Positions 10,948-21,817 of a DNA stretch of 64,000 bases are shown here, piece after piece. The translations under genes were made by a program, and so were the position numbers. The stretch's first letter is position 1; every line of letters begins with the position of its first letter. The stretch comes from Candidatus Omnitrophota bacterium. GTDB taxonomy: Bacteria > Omnitrophota > Gorgyraeia > Zapsychrales > JANLHA01. Where the stretch lies: contig JAHFFT010000008.1 of the NCBI GenBank assembly GCA_023247795.1, forward strand, positions 1,519-65,518. Reading direction: 5' to 3'. Under the pieces are notes generated by a model. The model was not told the DNA's origin, ran no database searches, and saw only the letters and a program-made list of their open reading frames with translations.

Positions 10948-11720
10948 GGGATTTTCCTTTCTTTCTGTTTTTTGAGTTTGAAAACCATCTGGGCGTCTTG
11001 ATATGATTCAATGCTACCGATATCATACCAGGTTCCCTGAAATTTAAAACCATAAACGTCGGTTTGTTCCGACAACCATTTGATATACTCCCCGGCCTTG
11101 TCCGCCTTATTCGTCTGCTGTTGATACCTTTTCACCGTCGCCAAAGATTCCCGAGGCAAAAAATAACAGCACATGGCAATCAAACTGGATTTGGGCTTTT
11201 TTGGCTTTTCTTCAAAGGAAATGATTTTTTTATTGGCATCAACCGCCGCCACCCCAAACTTTGTCGCTTCTGCAATCTGACCGATGTCATAAAGCCCCAA
11301 ACTGACCGAAGGGGACTTGCTTTGGGCGAACGCGACAAACTCTTTCAATCCAAAATCGAAAAGGTTGTCCCCGCCTAAAACCAAGACATCATCAACAATC
11401 TTCTCGGCATCCAAAGCAAAAATGATATCGCCGATTGATCCCAACCGATTTTCAGGAGAAGATGTCCCGTCGCTGATCACCTTGATTTCAAAAGAACGGC
11501 CCTTTTGATCCCGCGCCCAACGGCAAAAATGATCATAAAACTTCTCATTGCTGACAACAGTAACTTTATCGAGATCCGGCAGACCTTGAACATCGGCCAA
11601 AAGATAATCGATGATCGGCTGACCCGCAACGTCTAACAACGGTTTTGGAGTATCTTTGATATACGGATACAAACGGGTGCCGTATCCGGCCGCTAATATC
11701 AAACCTTTCATAAAACTCAA
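10944..11720 (-). CDS. Sugar-phosphate nucleotidyltransferase (NTP_transferase family)
   Basis: 258 aa; [15 protein letters not shown]-terminal nucleotidyltransferase motif. ATGA overlap with metK start and 4-nt overlap with ptsI stop. Confidence 0.6.
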   Translation of the reverse strand: MSFMKGLILAAGYGTRLYPYIKDTPKPLLDVAGQPIIDYLLADVQGLPDLDKVTVVSNEKFYDHFCRWARDQKGRSFEIKVISDGTSSPENRLGSIGDIIFALDAEKIVDDVLVLGGDNLFDFGLKEFVAFAQSKSPSVSLGLYDIGQIAEATKFGVAAVDANKKIISFEEKPKKPKSSLIAMCCYFLPRESLATVKRYQQQTNKADKAGEYIKWLSEQTDVYGFKFQGTWYDIGSIESYQDAQMVFKLKKQKERKIP

Positions 11721-13477
11721 TCCCCGCTCTTAAGGACCGCCGGAGCCAATTCCTGCAGTTTGGCTTTGCACAACTCCTCAACATCCTGGCCCGTTGACAA
11801 AGATAACGCCTCCTGGGCAAGCTTCTGCGCGTCGGTAAACCGAACACTTCGTATGAGCTTTTTGATTTGTAAAACATTTAACGGTGTCATACTCAACTCA
11901 TCGATGCCCATCCCCAAAAGCAGCAAGGCAGAGACCGGTTCACTGGCCATCTCGCCGCAAAGACTCACCGGAATGTGCGCCTGATACCCCGCGTCAACAG
12001 CCATCTTGATCAAACGCAGGATCGACGGATGAAACGGTTCATAAAAGGATGCGGTTTGTTCATTCACCCTTCCCACGGCCAGGGCATATTGAATCAAATC
12101 ATTGGTGCCGATGCTGAAAAAATCGCTCTCCTGAGCAAGGCTATCGGCAGTGACAGCTGCCGACGGAACTTCAATCATCGCCCCCACCTGAATGTTTTCA
12201 TCAAAGGCGATCTTTTCTTCGCGCAACTGCATTTTCACTTCTTCTAAAATGGCATTGGCCTGGCGCATTTCACTGACCCCGGAAATCATCGGATACATCA
12301 TTTTGATTTTCCCATGCGCCGACGCCTTCAAGATGGCCCGGATTTGTGTTTTAAAAATGTCTGGCCGGGCCAAACAAAATTTGATCGCCCGCCATCCTAA
12401 AAAGGGGACCATGTCTCTGGGCACCTGCAAACTGGAAATGAATTTATCTCCCCCCAAATCCAGCGTGCGTATGGTGACCGGATGCGGCGCCATGGAGCGC
12501 ACGACGCGCTGATAAGTCTCCAACTGCTCTTCCTCCGACGGAAGATCAACCCGATTCATGTAAAAATATTCCGTGCGAAACAAACCGATCCCCACCGGGC
12601 CTTGGCGCTTGATGAGCGGAATCTCTCCTGGAAGTTCCAGATTGGTCGCCAGGGTGATGATCCTTTTATCCAACGTCTCCGCGGGCAGGTCCTTGATATC
12701 GGCAAAACGGCCGCGGGACGCAAAAATGCGGCCTTTCTCTTTTCGATAGATTTCTCGAGTTTTTTCTTCCGGCCGGATGATGACCAGCCCCATGCGGCCG
12801 TCGACAATCATTTCATCCTGATTGCTGATTCGCATGGTCGCGTCTTTTAACCCCACCACCGCCGGAATTCCCAGCGACTTTGCCATGATCGCGGTATGCG
12901 ACGTCCGACCACCGATATCGGTCACAAATCCCAAAACATTTCTTCCGACCATGCTGGCGGTATCTGACGGTGACAAATCATGCGCGATGAGTATGAATTC
13001 TTCTTTGAATTGGTCGATCTCGCTCAAACGGTCTTCATCGATCAGATTTCTTAACACCCGACGAGCGATATCTTTCAAATCCGCGGTCCGCTCTTTCAAA
13101 TAATCATCTTGAATATTTTTAAACGCCTCCGCGTACCTTTTAAAAACATTGGAAAAAATATACTCCGCCGACTGCTTCTCCCGTTGGATCCGTTTGCTGA
13201 CTTCCTCAATCAGCATCCGGTCTTCCAAAACCAAAAGATGCGCGTCAAAAATCTGCGCGTCCTGGCCGCCCATCTGCTCGCTGATTTTCTTGCGAATGCC
13301 GGCAATCTGTTCCCGGGTTTTGATCAGCGCCTCTTCAAAGCGGGCGATTTCGATCGGCACTTCTTTTTCCATAATCGCCCGGGCCGGGACAACCATTTCC
13401 TGCTTATTGACGATATAAGCCGGCCCCATGGCAATTCCCGGCGCGGCCGGGATCCCTTTTAAAACAATCTCATTCAT
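11717..13477 (-). CDS. ptsI: Phosphoenolpyruvate-protein phosphotransferase (PTS enzyme I)
   Basis: 586 aa; EI N-terminal domain, phosphohistidine region GGRTSHTAIMA, PEP-utilising C-terminal domain. Confidence 0.9.
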   Translation of the reverse strand: MNEIVLKGIPAAPGIAMGPAYIVNKQEMVVPARAIMEKEVPIEIARFEEALIKTREQIAGIRKKISEQMGGQDAQIFDAHLLVLEDRMLIEEVSKRIQREKQSAEYIFSNVFKRYAEAFKNIQDDYLKERTADLKDIARRVLRNLIDEDRLSEIDQFKEEFILIAHDLSPSDTASMVGRNVLGFVTDIGGRTSHTAIMAKSLGIPAVVGLKDATMRISNQDEMIVDGRMGLVIIRPEEKTREIYRKEKGRIFASRGRFADIKDLPAETLDKRIITLATNLELPGEIPLIKRQGPVGIGLFRTEYFYMNRVDLPSEEEQLETYQRVVRSMAPHPVTIRTLDLGGDKFISSLQVPRDMVPFLGWRAIKFCLARPDIFKTQIRAILKASAHGKIKMMYPMISGVSEMRQANAILEEVKMQLREEKIAFDENIQVGAMIEVPSAAVTADSLAQESDFFSIGTNDLIQYALAVGRVNEQTASFYEPFHPSILRLIKMAVDAGYQAHIPVSLCGEMASEPVSALLLLGMGIDELSMTPLNVLQIKKLIRSVRFTDAQKLAQEALSLSTGQDVEELCKAKLQELAPAVLKSGD

Positions 13478-13733
13478 CTTTTTTTAAAAACTCCTCGAGC
13501 TCATTGATCAAGACTTCAGCATCGTCTCCTTCTGCCGTCAAGGTGATGGTACTATTTCGTTCAATTCCCAGCATCAACAATCCCATAATGGATTTCCCAT
13601 TGACCGATTCATTCCCCTTTTTTACCGTCAGCTGGCTATTGTACTTGATCGCGATCTGAACAAAGATGGCGGCCGGACGGGCATGCATTCCCTGTTCGCT
13701 GGTGACTGTACAATCCTTAACAATTTTGGGCAT
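13470..13733 (-). CDS. ptsH: Phosphocarrier protein HPr
   Basis: 87 aa; GMHARPA active-site His motif. Confidence 0.85.
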   Translation of the reverse strand: MPKIVKDCTVTSEQGMHARPAAIFVQIAIKYNSQLTVKKGNESVNGKSIMGLLMLGIERNSTITLTAEGDDAEVLINELEEFLKKDE

Positions 13734-13734
13734 A

Positions 13735-14973
13735 TTACCTCTTGATGACGCGATATTGTTCGATCAATTTGATGAGGGCCTTGTTCAATTTTGCTGAGTC
13801 GTGCCGGACATAATCTTTGACGCTCAAAAGATCGGTCGCGACAACCTTGCACCCCATAGTTTTAACCTGATCAATATCCAATTCAACCGGAAAGGAACCT
13901 TCAACCTTATAACGCCCCAAGGCCTCTAAAGGGATTTGTCCGTCATTCACCAAACAGGCATCAAGCACATCCTTATGGGAATGCTCTGTCAGCACTCTGA
14001 CGTGATCGCTGACTTTGTAACTATCGGTTTCTCCCCGCTGCGTCATCACGTTGCAGATATAAATTTTAAAAGCTTTTGACCCGGCGATCGCGTCCACGAT
14101 TTCTTTAATCAGAAGGTTTGGCAAAATGCTGGTATACAAACTGCCCGGGCCCAGAATGATCACATCCGCTTCGTTGATCGCGTCCAAGGCTTCCTGGGTG
14201 GGGGCGGGATTTTCCGGTTTTAAAAAAACTTTATTGATCTTCGATCGCCGTTCGGGAATTTTGGCTTCTCCCTCGACGATCGATCCGTCTTCATATTCGG
14301 CGGCCAGATGAACGTTGGCCACCGTGGAAGGGACAACCTTTCCGCGGATCGCGAGCACCCGGCTGGATTCCTTGACCGCTTTTTCAAAATCTCCGGTCAA
14401 TTGGACCATGGCGGTTAAAAAAAGATTACCAAAATTATGCCCCTGCAGCTGCGAGCCTTCGGGAAAGCGAAACTGAAACAACTCTCCCATCAGGGCCGGC
14501 GCGTCGGCCAAGGCGACCAGACAGTTTCGAATGTCACCGGGGGCGACAATCTTGAATTCTTCACGCAATCGTCCGGAGGACCCACCGCTATCAGCCACCG
14601 TTACAATCGCCGTGATATTGGCGGTATATTCTTTCAGCCCAAGGATCAGGTGAGAAAGGCCATGCCCTCCCCCCAACGCGACGATTTTCGGTCCGCGCTC
14701 CAAATACCGACGCTGATAAAGGATATTAACAAGTTCTCTTTCCCCTTTCGGCAAAAAGATCGTGATCAGCGAAACAATCATTTTGCCGGTCCCCATGACA
14801 ATGAGAACAACCCCGCAGACAATGATGATCAGTCCGAAAATTCTAACCAAGACATAAGCCGAGGCAAAGCCCACTGCCCCACCGCCGACGATGATAACAC
14901 CCAGCATCGAGGTCAAGAGCCATCGTTTGATTCTCATGCCGGGATACAGCCATTTAACAAAATTATTTGGCAT
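13735..14973 (-). CDS. YvcK/CofD-family (UPF0052) gluconeogenesis-factor-like protein with N-terminal TM segments
   Basis: 412 aa; KIVALGGGHGLS and GPGSLYTSILPNL motifs characteristic of YvcK family. Confidence 0.7.
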   Translation of the reverse strand: MPNNFVKWLYPGMRIKRWLLTSMLGVIIVGGGAVGFASAYVLVRIFGLIIIVCGVVLIVMGTGKMIVSLITIFLPKGERELVNILYQRRYLERGPKIVALGGGHGLSHLILGLKEYTANITAIVTVADSGGSSGRLREEFKIVAPGDIRNCLVALADAPALMGELFQFRFPEGSQLQGHNFGNLFLTAMVQLTGDFEKAVKESSRVLAIRGKVVPSTVANVHLAAEYEDGSIVEGEAKIPERRSKINKVFLKPENPAPTQEALDAINEADVIILGPGSLYTSILPNLLIKEIVDAIAGSKAFKIYICNVMTQRGETDSYKVSDHVRVLTEHSHKDVLDACLVNDGQIPLEALGRYKVEGSFPVELDIDQVKTMGCKVVATDLLSVKDYVRHDSAKLNKALIKLIEQYRVIKR

Positions 14974-14987
14974 TTTTAAACCGTACG

Positions 14988-15461
14988 CTAAGAATTCGAC
15001 TGGCCGTCTTCATGAGCCAAGAGCTCTAAAATGGCCTTGGGGTCTAAAGCGGATTTTAAACTTTCTCTGAAGTATTTGTCTTTCAGCAGGCGTGAAATTT
15101 TTGCTAAGGCTTTGAGGTGGGGACCTGCCGAATCAATGGGGGCGAGCAATAGAAAAAAGATGTAGGCCGGTTCTCCATCGAGTGAATCAAAATCAACTCC
15201 TTTTTTGCTGATTCCGAGCGCGGCGGTTAATTTGCTGACACTTTCCGATTTTCCGTGAGGGATGGCAATACCTTGTCCGACCGCCGTCGAGCCCAAGGCC
15301 TCGCGCGCCATGAGCACCTCGATGATCTTGCTGCGGCTTTTCTTCTCAACCGCGCTGGCTTTAACCAACTGATCAACCATCTCTTCAATGAGCTCAGTTT
15401 TGCTGGTCGCTTGCAGCTGCGCGCTCACAGCTTTGGAACAAAGAAAATCACTTATTTTCAT
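14988..15461 (-). CDS. ptsN: PTS EIIA (nitrogen-regulatory EIIA-Ntr type)
   Basis: 157 aa; GQGIAIPHGK phosphorylation-site motif of PTS EIIA-2 family. Confidence 0.7.
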   Translation of the reverse strand: MKISDFLCSKAVSAQLQATSKTELIEEMVDQLVKASAVEKKSRSKIIEVLMAREALGSTAVGQGIAIPHGKSESVSKLTAALGISKKGVDFDSLDGEPAYIFFLLLAPIDSAGPHLKALAKISRLLKDKYFRESLKSALDPKAILELLAHEDGQSNS

Positions 15462-15589
15462 TTACGACTCCTTCTTCCTGTTCGACTCTTGCTGTTCATG
15501 TGCCATTTCCCCAAATGATTCCTTTTCAAATGATAACAAAACGCAAAACAACATCAGATTTCATTTTCCTCGCCAATATCCGCAGAAAG

Positions 15590-15663
15590 AGCGGCGGATG
15601 GGATTTGAACCCATGACATCCACCTTGGCAAGGTGGCATTCTAGCCAACTGAATTACCGCCGC
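15590..15663 (-). tRNA. tRNA-Gly (GCC)
   Basis: Hand-folded: GCGGCGG acceptor, D-stem ATTC/GAAT, anticodon stem CCACC/GGTGG with loop TTGCCAA, T-stem ATGGG/CCCAT, 74 nt, no encoded CCA. Confidence 0.8.
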
Positions 15664-15696
15664 GGAATTTGCCTATCGTTCCCAAATAGCAGCTTA

Positions 15697-15778
15697 TGGG
15701 CGAGAGAGGACTTGAACCTCCATGGATTGCTCCACTAGTTCCTAAGACTAGCGCGTCTACCAATTCCGCCACCCGCCC
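15697..15778 (-). tRNA. tRNA-Leu (TAG)
   Basis: GGGCGGG/CTCGCCC acceptor, GGCGGAATTGGTAGACGCG D-arm typical of tRNA-Leu, anticodon loop CTTAGGA, long variable arm, T-loop TTCAAGT. Confidence 0.75.
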
Positions 15779-15800
15779 CTATTCACTCTTCCCTAATTCA

Positions 15801-15873
15801 TGACCCACCCGCGACTCGAACGCGGCACGCCTGCCTTAAAAGGGCAGTGCTCTACCAGATGAGCTAGTGGGTC
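15801..15873 (-). tRNA. tRNA-Lys (TTT)
   Basis: GACCCAC/GTGGGTC acceptor, D-arm GCTCATCTGGTAGAGC, anticodon stem CTGCC/GGCAG loop CTTTTAA, T-arm CCGCGTTCGAGTCGCGG; 73 nt. Confidence 0.8.
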
Positions 15874-15886
15874 AAATCCCCACAAT

Positions 15887-16447
15887 CTATTTTTCCAACA
15901 ATTCGCCCTGTTTGTCTTCTAAAATTTTTTCAACGTCTTTGATAAAAATATCCGTTAACTTCTGGATCTCGTCCTGTCCGCGAAACGCCTCATCTTCCGA
16001 AATCAATTTATCGGCCTGGCCCTTTTTAACCCGATCATTGGCTTCCCGACGGATCGTTCTTAAAGAAATCCTTCCATGCTCGGCCATGTCCTTCACGGCC
16101 TTAATCAATTCCTGACGACGTTCACCGGAAAGCTGCGGAATGCTGATCCTCACCATATTCCCGTCGTTGAACGGAGTCAAACCCAATTTCGATCCTTGAA
16201 CGGCCTTTTCGATTTCCGGCAAAGCATTTTTGTCCCAGGGTTGAATGACAATCGTCCGTGGGTCTGCCACCGAAATGGAAGCGACCTGTTTTAACAAGGT
16301 CGGGGTCCCATAATATTCGATATGCATCCCTTCAAACAAACCCGGATGGGCGCGTCCGGTACGGACTTCATTGAACTCCCGTCGGACCGCTTCAACGGCC
16401 TTCTTCATTTTACCTTCCGAATCCTTTTTGATATCTTTGATATTCAT
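15887..16447 (-). CDS. frr: Ribosome recycling factor
   Basis: 186 aa, full-length RRF homology. Confidence 0.9.
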   Translation of the reverse strand: MNIKDIKKDSEGKMKKAVEAVRREFNEVRTGRAHPGLFEGMHIEYYGTPTLLKQVASISVADPRTIVIQPWDKNALPEIEKAVQGSKLGLTPFNDGNMVRISIPQLSGERRQELIKAVKDMAEHGRISLRTIRREANDRVKKGQADKLISEDEAFRGQDEIQKLTDIFIKDVEKILEDKQGELLEK

Positions 16448-16493
16448 GACCCCCCTCGCTATTGCTCCGTCAAATCAATTCTTGGCGGTGTGC

Positions 16494-17210
16494 TTATTGC
16501 ACAATGGTTCCGATATCTTCGCCTAAAATCGCTTTTTTGATGTTGCCTGGTTTGGTAAGATTAAAAACCACAATGGGGATTTGGTTATCCATGCACAAAC
16601 TCACCGCCGTCGCGTCCATGACCTGATAATTCTTTTTCAAAACATCGATGAATTTCAACTTTTTAAAACGCTTGGCTGTCGGGTCCTTGACCGGGTCCGC
16701 CGAATAAATCCCGTCCACTTTCGTTGCCTTAAAAATCACGTCGGCCTTGATCTCCGCGGCACGCAGGGCCGCCGTCGTGTCGGTCGTAAAATAAGGATTG
16801 CCGGTACCGGCGACAAAAATGACCACCCGTCCTTTTTCCATATGACGGATGGCCCGACGACGAATATACGGTTCGGCAATGGCCCGCATTTCGATCGCCG
16901 ACATGACGCGCGACGCCACACCAATCTTTTCCAAGGCATTCTGCAAGGCCAACCCGTTAAGGACCGTTGCCAGCATCCCCATATAATCAGCGACCGCGCG
17001 ATCCAAGCCAAAATGTTTGGAGGCCACTTGACCGCGAAAAATATTTCCTCCGCCGACGACCAAAGATACCGTCGCTCCCAAATCACAAATCTCTTTGATC
17101 TGAGCGGCGATCGAAGCGCACATCTCTGCGTCAATACCGTGCTGCTGAGCGCCCATCATGGCCTCACCGCTCAATTTTAAAACGATCGTCTTATAAACGG
17201 GTTTACTCAA
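16494..17210 (-). CDS. pyrH: UMP kinase
   Basis: 238 aa; KLSGEA...GGGNIFRG motifs. Confidence 0.9.
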   Translation of the reverse strand: MSKPVYKTIVLKLSGEAMMGAQQHGIDAEMCASIAAQIKEICDLGATVSLVVGGGNIFRGQVASKHFGLDRAVADYMGMLATVLNGLALQNALEKIGVASRVMSAIEMRAIAEPYIRRRAIRHMEKGRVVIFVAGTGNPYFTTDTTAALRAAEIKADVIFKATKVDGIYSADPVKDPTAKRFKKLKFIDVLKKNYQVMDATAVSLCMDNQIPIVVFNLTKPGNIKKAILGEDIGTIVQ

Positions 17211-17736
17211 CCTCTCCTACCTTGTAGCGCTTGAAACGGCTAATGACGATATTCTCGCCAATTTTTCCAATCAAACCGGTCAAAATATCCTGGATCGTCG
17301 TCCCCTGATCTCTAACAAAAGGCTGATTCAGCAGACAACTTTCTTTGATAAAAGATTTTTGGTCCGGTTGTTGATTTAACAGGTCTTGCGGCACGTCGGC
17401 TTCCTTAATATACGCTGGATTCATCCATGCTATATGCATGGCCACATCTTTGCAAAACCGGCAAAAATCTTCGTTTCGGGCCACAAAGTCGGTCTCACAA
17501 TTCACTTCCAAGAGAACCGCGATCTTGTTGCCAGCGTGCACGTAAGAATCAACGCGGCCTTCCTTTGTCACCCGCGAACTCTTCTTGGCTGCCATTTCCC
17601 TGTTCTTCTCCAAGAGGATTGCTTTAGCGCGATTGAAATCCCCCTTAGCCTCTTCCAAGGCCTTCTTACAATCAATCACTCCGCAAGAAGTCAACTCTCG
17701 CAGCTCTTTGATCTGATCCAATGATTCCATCTTCAT
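17203..17736 (-). CDS. tsf: Elongation factor Ts (short form)
   Basis: 177 aa; N-terminal UBA-like [22 protein letters not shown] and [10 protein letters not shown] motifs; sits between rpsB and pyrH as expected. Confidence 0.8.
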   Translation of the reverse strand: MKMESLDQIKELRELTSCGVIDCKKALEEAKGDFNRAKAILLEKNREMAAKKSSRVTKEGRVDSYVHAGNKIAVLLEVNCETDFVARNEDFCRFCKDVAMHIAWMNPAYIKEADVPQDLLNQQPDQKSFIKESCLLNQPFVRDQGTTIQDILTGLIGKIGENIVISRFKRYKVGEVE

Positions 17737-17822
17737 ACTTATCTCCTGACTATGATTGATGCTGAAAGATTGAAATATTCCGCATCAACTCTCTTCCTAG
17801 AATTGTGATATTGAAATGACGA

Positions 17823-18671
17823 TTATCCCTTAGCGCCATCCGGCGCGGCATGCGCCCGGACGGTTTCCGTTACAGCCGAATTTTTTGCGGATTCTTTTGC
17901 CGCCGACTTTCCCTGAATAGTGGGAATAACGGCCGGAACCTTTTCCACTGCTTCTTTTTTCTTTCTTAAACTTTCAGCGTCGAGGAACTGGGTCCTTCCT
18001 TCCACGATCGCGTCAGCAATCACCGAGGTAATATACCGGACCGCTTTCAGAGCGTCGTCATTGCCCGGTATGGGATAGAGCACCAAGTCCGGATCACAAT
18101 TGGTATCAAGCAGACCAATCACTGGAATTTGCAAACGGTTCGCTTCCTGGACCGCGATCTCTTCGCGTTTGGTATCAACAATAAAAAGCGCTGTTGGCAA
18201 AGTCTTCATTTCCCGCATACCGCCCAGATCGCGCAACAATTTTTCCTTTTCCTTTTTGAGAATACTGACTTCCTTCTTTTTCAAATTTTCAAACACACCA
18301 TCTTTTTCCATTTTTTCGATGCGTTCCAATTTGGCAAATGACAATTTAACGGTTTGAAAATTGGTCATCAGTCCACCCATCCAACGAACACTGACATAAG
18401 GCATGCCGGCCCGCTGAGCTTCCTGTTCGATCACATCCTTGGCCTGCTTTTTTGTCCCGACAAAAAGGATGTGCCCACCTTTGGAGGTGAGGTCACGGGC
18501 ATAATCAAAGGCCCGATCAAGATATTCTTTGGTTTTCTCGAGATCAATGATGTAGATGCCGCTGCGTTCACCAAAAATAAATCGCTGCATCTTCGGATTC
18601 CAGCGACGGGTTTGATGTCCAAAATGAACACCACTTTCAAGCAATTTCTTTAAGACTTCTTCTGCCATCAT
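17823..18671 (-). CDS. rpsB: 30S ribosomal protein S2
   Basis: 282 aa; GVHFGHQTRRWNPKM N-terminal signature. Confidence 0.9.
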   Translation of the reverse strand: MMAEEVLKKLLESGVHFGHQTRRWNPKMQRFIFGERSGIYIIDLEKTKEYLDRAFDYARDLTSKGGHILFVGTKKQAKDVIEQEAQRAGMPYVSVRWMGGLMTNFQTVKLSFAKLERIEKMEKDGVFENLKKKEVSILKKEKEKLLRDLGGMREMKTLPTALFIVDTKREEIAVQEANRLQIPVIGLLDTNCDPDLVLYPIPGNDDALKAVRYITSVIADAIVEGRTQFLDAESLRKKKEAVEKVPAVIPTIQGKSAAKESAKNSAVTETVRAHAAPDGAKG

Positions 18672-18955
18672 AACTCCTTCTCATTTTCACCTATAGGCGG
18701 GAGATCCTAGATTTGACTAGAATACAATCAAGTGAATATAGATGATTACCTGTTATTCGAAATTCCTCAGACGGGTTAAGGCTGCACCAGCAAACCTTAC
18801 CATGGATGCACACAACATCCTCATTCAGACTCTTTCACTTCATGCCAGAGCCTGGTCCGAAGAACATAAAGTATACAAAATAATCATTTTCTTTGCAACT
18901 GTTTATTTGGGAAGGAGTTTTGTGTTTGGTAGATTTGCCGCGAAGACCCTGGGGA

Positions 18956-20752
18956 TCAAACCTGAAAACCGCTCGTCTCATAAAGCCGCTTATACAGCTC
19001 GCTGGTATTCAGCAACTCACTATGTTTGCCCATACCTTCGATACGGCCATTTTTTAGAACCACAATCTTATCCGCTTTTTTGATCGTTGATAGCCGGTGG
19101 GCGATGGCGATGACCGTACGGCCTTGCATCAAGAGATCAAGCGCCTCTTGGACAAATTTTTCTGATTCGGAATCCAGCTGCGAGGTTGCCTCATCCAAAA
19201 TCAAAATGGCAGGGTTTTTCAAAACCGCCCGGGCAATCGTAAGACGCTGTTTCTCACCACCAGACAAACGAAAACCCCGGTCCCCGACAATGGTTTGATA
19301 TTGTTTGGGCAGTTCCATGATGAAAGAATGGGCATAGGCTTTTCTGGCGGCCTCTTCGACTTCCGGCTTGCTTGCCGACCGGGTCCCATAAGCAATGTTG
19401 TTGTACACCGTATCGTTAAATAAAAAGGTGTCTTGCGAAACAATCCCGATCTGCAAACGCAGTGACTGGAACGTGGCTGCCCTGACATCCATTCCGTCGA
19501 TTGTGACCCTTCCCTGAAACGGATCATAAAACCGCGGGATCAGGTTCGCGAGCGTCGATTTTCCGGTCCCGGTGGGCCCAACGATCGCGACCAATTCCCC
19601 GACTTTGATGTCGAGGTCAATATCTTTTAAGACCTCGTCTCCTTGCTTCTCATAACGGAAATGAACATGATCAAAAGAAATCCGGTCATGGATAACGGGG
19701 ATGTCTTTGGCATCTGGCGCTTCTTTGACCGTCGCCTGCTCGTCGAGGATGAGATAAATCCGATCATTCGCGGCCAAGGCCTGCTGGGTCACGGCATTGA
19801 CGTTGCCCAACTTTTTGATCGGACTGATGATCGACATCATCGAGGCAAAAAACAAGACAAAAATCCCAAAGGAAAGCTGGCCGTCCATCACCTGCCGGCC
19901 TAACCAAAAAATGATCGTGATCCCGCAAAGCACACCAAAAATTTCCGTGATCGGTGGCAAAACCAACAGCCGCTTGACCGCCTTCATGCGCAGTTTATAA
20001 AATTCATGATTCTGTTTGCCAAAGCGATCGATCTCTTCTTTTTCCGTGCAGAAAGCCTTGACCACCTTGATTCCGGAAATGGTTTCCAAAAGGATGGAAT
20101 TGATGTCCGCCATGCGCTCCTGCGACTGACGAGCGAGCTTACGCAGCTTACGACCAATCTGGGTCATGGGCCAGATGATCACCGGAAACACTAAAAAGAC
20201 AATAAGTGCTGCCTTGACATGAATCATAAACGCGGTGACCAAAAAACCTATCACCGTAAACGTCTGGACAAATAGGTCGGTGATGCTGTAAGAAACAGCG
20301 TTTTCAATCACCAGCACGTCGTGGGTGATCCGCGACATCAACTCGCCGGTGCGCTTTTCGCTGAAATAATCCAATGACAGAGACTGGATTTTTTCATACA
20401 GCCTTTGCCGGACGTCTCGCAAAATTCGTTGGGCGACATCGTTCATCAAATATTGATAAAGGTAGGTGAAAATGTGCTTAACGATCATGCCGACCAAAAT
20501 AACCAGCGGCATGACTTTCAGCAAGGTTTCCGGAGACTGACTGTTCAAATAGGTAATGGCATGGGTGAGAAAAGCCGGTAGTTTGTTTGGAACCACGATC
20601 GGCTGCTTGTTGAGGATGCGGTCTAAAAGCGGCACCAAAAGCGAAATCTCAAAGACCTTAAACATGCTGGAGACAACCATGGCCGCGACCGCAAAACTGA
20701 ACAGCTTTTTGTAGTCTTTGAGAAAACTGATAAGCCGGGTGTAATTCGTCAT
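18956..20752 (-). CDS. ABC exporter, fused permease/ATPase (MsbA-like lipid exporter)
   Basis: Six-TM N-terminal domain plus NBD with GPTGTGKST, LSGGEKQR, ILILDEATS. ORF-track start 20899 extends through a non-TM leader; ATG at 20750-20752 (MTNYTRLISFLKDYKK) is the more plausible start. Confidence 0.8.
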   Translation of the reverse strand: MTNYTRLISFLKDYKKLFSFAVAAMVVSSMFKVFEISLLVPLLDRILNKQPIVVPNKLPAFLTHAITYLNSQSPETLLKVMPLVILVGMIVKHIFTYLYQYLMNDVAQRILRDVRQRLYEKIQSLSLDYFSEKRTGELMSRITHDVLVIENAVSYSITDLFVQTFTVIGFLVTAFMIHVKAALIVFLVFPVIIWPMTQIGRKLRKLARQSQERMADINSILLETISGIKVVKAFCTEKEEIDRFGKQNHEFYKLRMKAVKRLLVLPPITEIFGVLCGITIIFWLGRQVMDGQLSFGIFVLFFASMMSIISPIKKLGNVNAVTQQALAANDRIYLILDEQATVKEAPDAKDIPVIHDRISFDHVHFRYEKQGDEVLKDIDLDIKVGELVAIVGPTGTGKSTLANLIPRFYDPFQGRVTIDGMDVRAATFQSLRLQIGIVSQDTFLFNDTVYNNIAYGTRSASKPEVEEAARKAYAHSFIMELPKQYQTIVGDRGFRLSGGEKQRLTIARAVLKNPAILILDEATSQLDSESEKFVQEALDLLMQGRTVIAIAHRLSTIKKADKIVVLKNGRIEGMGKHSELLNTSELYKRLYETSGFQV

Positions 20753-20845
20753 ATCTTTATGATTTGTAATAGGTTTGATGTTTTTGGAAGTATCGACTTT
20801 AGCATAGCAATTGACTTTTGTCGAGGTATTTGTTATAGTTGCGGC

Positions 20846-21817
20846 ATGAAAAAACTCAATGTCGCGATCGTCGGTATTGGGCACCTGGGATCGAAACATC
20901 TGAAAGTCTTACACGAACTTTCCGACCGGGTCAATATTGTTGGAATCTGCGATACCAAGGCCGAACGGACCGAACGGCTAGCTAGCCACTACCATATTCC
21001 GGTTTTTGAAGATTACCGCGACCTGGCCGGCAAGATTGACGCGGTCAATATCTGTGTTCCCACGATCCTTCACCACGAAATTGGGAAATTCTTTCTGGAA
21101 CAGGGTGTTCATACCTTCATTGAAAAACCGATCAGCATCACCGTTGAACAGGCCGATGAGTTGATCGCGCTTGCCAAACTGAAAAACCGCAAACTGCAGG
21201 TCGGACATGTCGAACGTTTCAATTCCGCCTTTTTAGCCATCAAGCACTTTGCCAAAGATCCGCTCTTCATTGAGTCGCACCGGTTGAATCAATTTACCCA
21301 GCGATCGTTGGATATTGGTGTCGTCATGGACCTCATGATCCACGACATCGACATCATATTAGGCCTTAACCAGTGCGCGGTTAAAGATGTGCACGCCGTC
21401 GGGATCCATGTTTTAACTGAATTGGAAGATATCGCGAGTGTGCGGATCATTTTTGAAAATGGCTGTGTCTGCAACCTCACCGCCAGCCGGGTCTCCGACG
21501 AGGTCATGCGCAAAATCCGTATCTTTTTGCACAACACTTATATCTCGCTGGATTATGTTCAGCAGGAGGCCTTCATTTATAAAAAAAACGGGGTGCAAAT
21601 CCTCAAGCACGCCCTGCCGATTGAAAAAGAAGAACCGCTTAAAAAAGAACTGGAATCGTTCATTCATTGCATCAACAACGACGAGCAGCCCATTGTCTCA
21701 GGGATCGAAGCTCGCCAGGCCTTGTCCCTCGCCATTCGCATCATTCAAAACATGCAAGAGACCCGCAAACAGATCCTGGCCCGAGTGCCGGTCACCGCGG
21801 ACCCGCTTTCCCTATGA
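20846..21817 (+). CDS. Gfo/Idh/MocA-family NAD(P)-dependent oxidoreductase
   Basis: MKKLNVAIVGIGHLGSKH Rossmann N-terminus, EKP catalytic motif; start taken at Met30 of the ORF-track entry; ATGA overlap with lpxB. Confidence 0.75.
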   Translation: MKKLNVAIVGIGHLGSKHLKVLHELSDRVNIVGICDTKAERTERLASHYHIPVFEDYRDLAGKIDAVNICVPTILHHEIGKFFLEQGVHTFIEKPISITVEQADELIALAKLKNRKLQVGHVERFNSAFLAIKHFAKDPLFIESHRLNQFTQRSLDIGVVMDLMIHDIDIILGLNQCAVKDVHAVGIHVLTELEDIASVRIIFENGCVCNLTASRVSDEVMRKIRIFLHNTYISLDYVQQEAFIYKKNGVQILKHALPIEKEEPLKKELESFIHCINNDEQPIVSGIEARQALSLAIRIIQNMQETRKQILARVPVTADPLSL

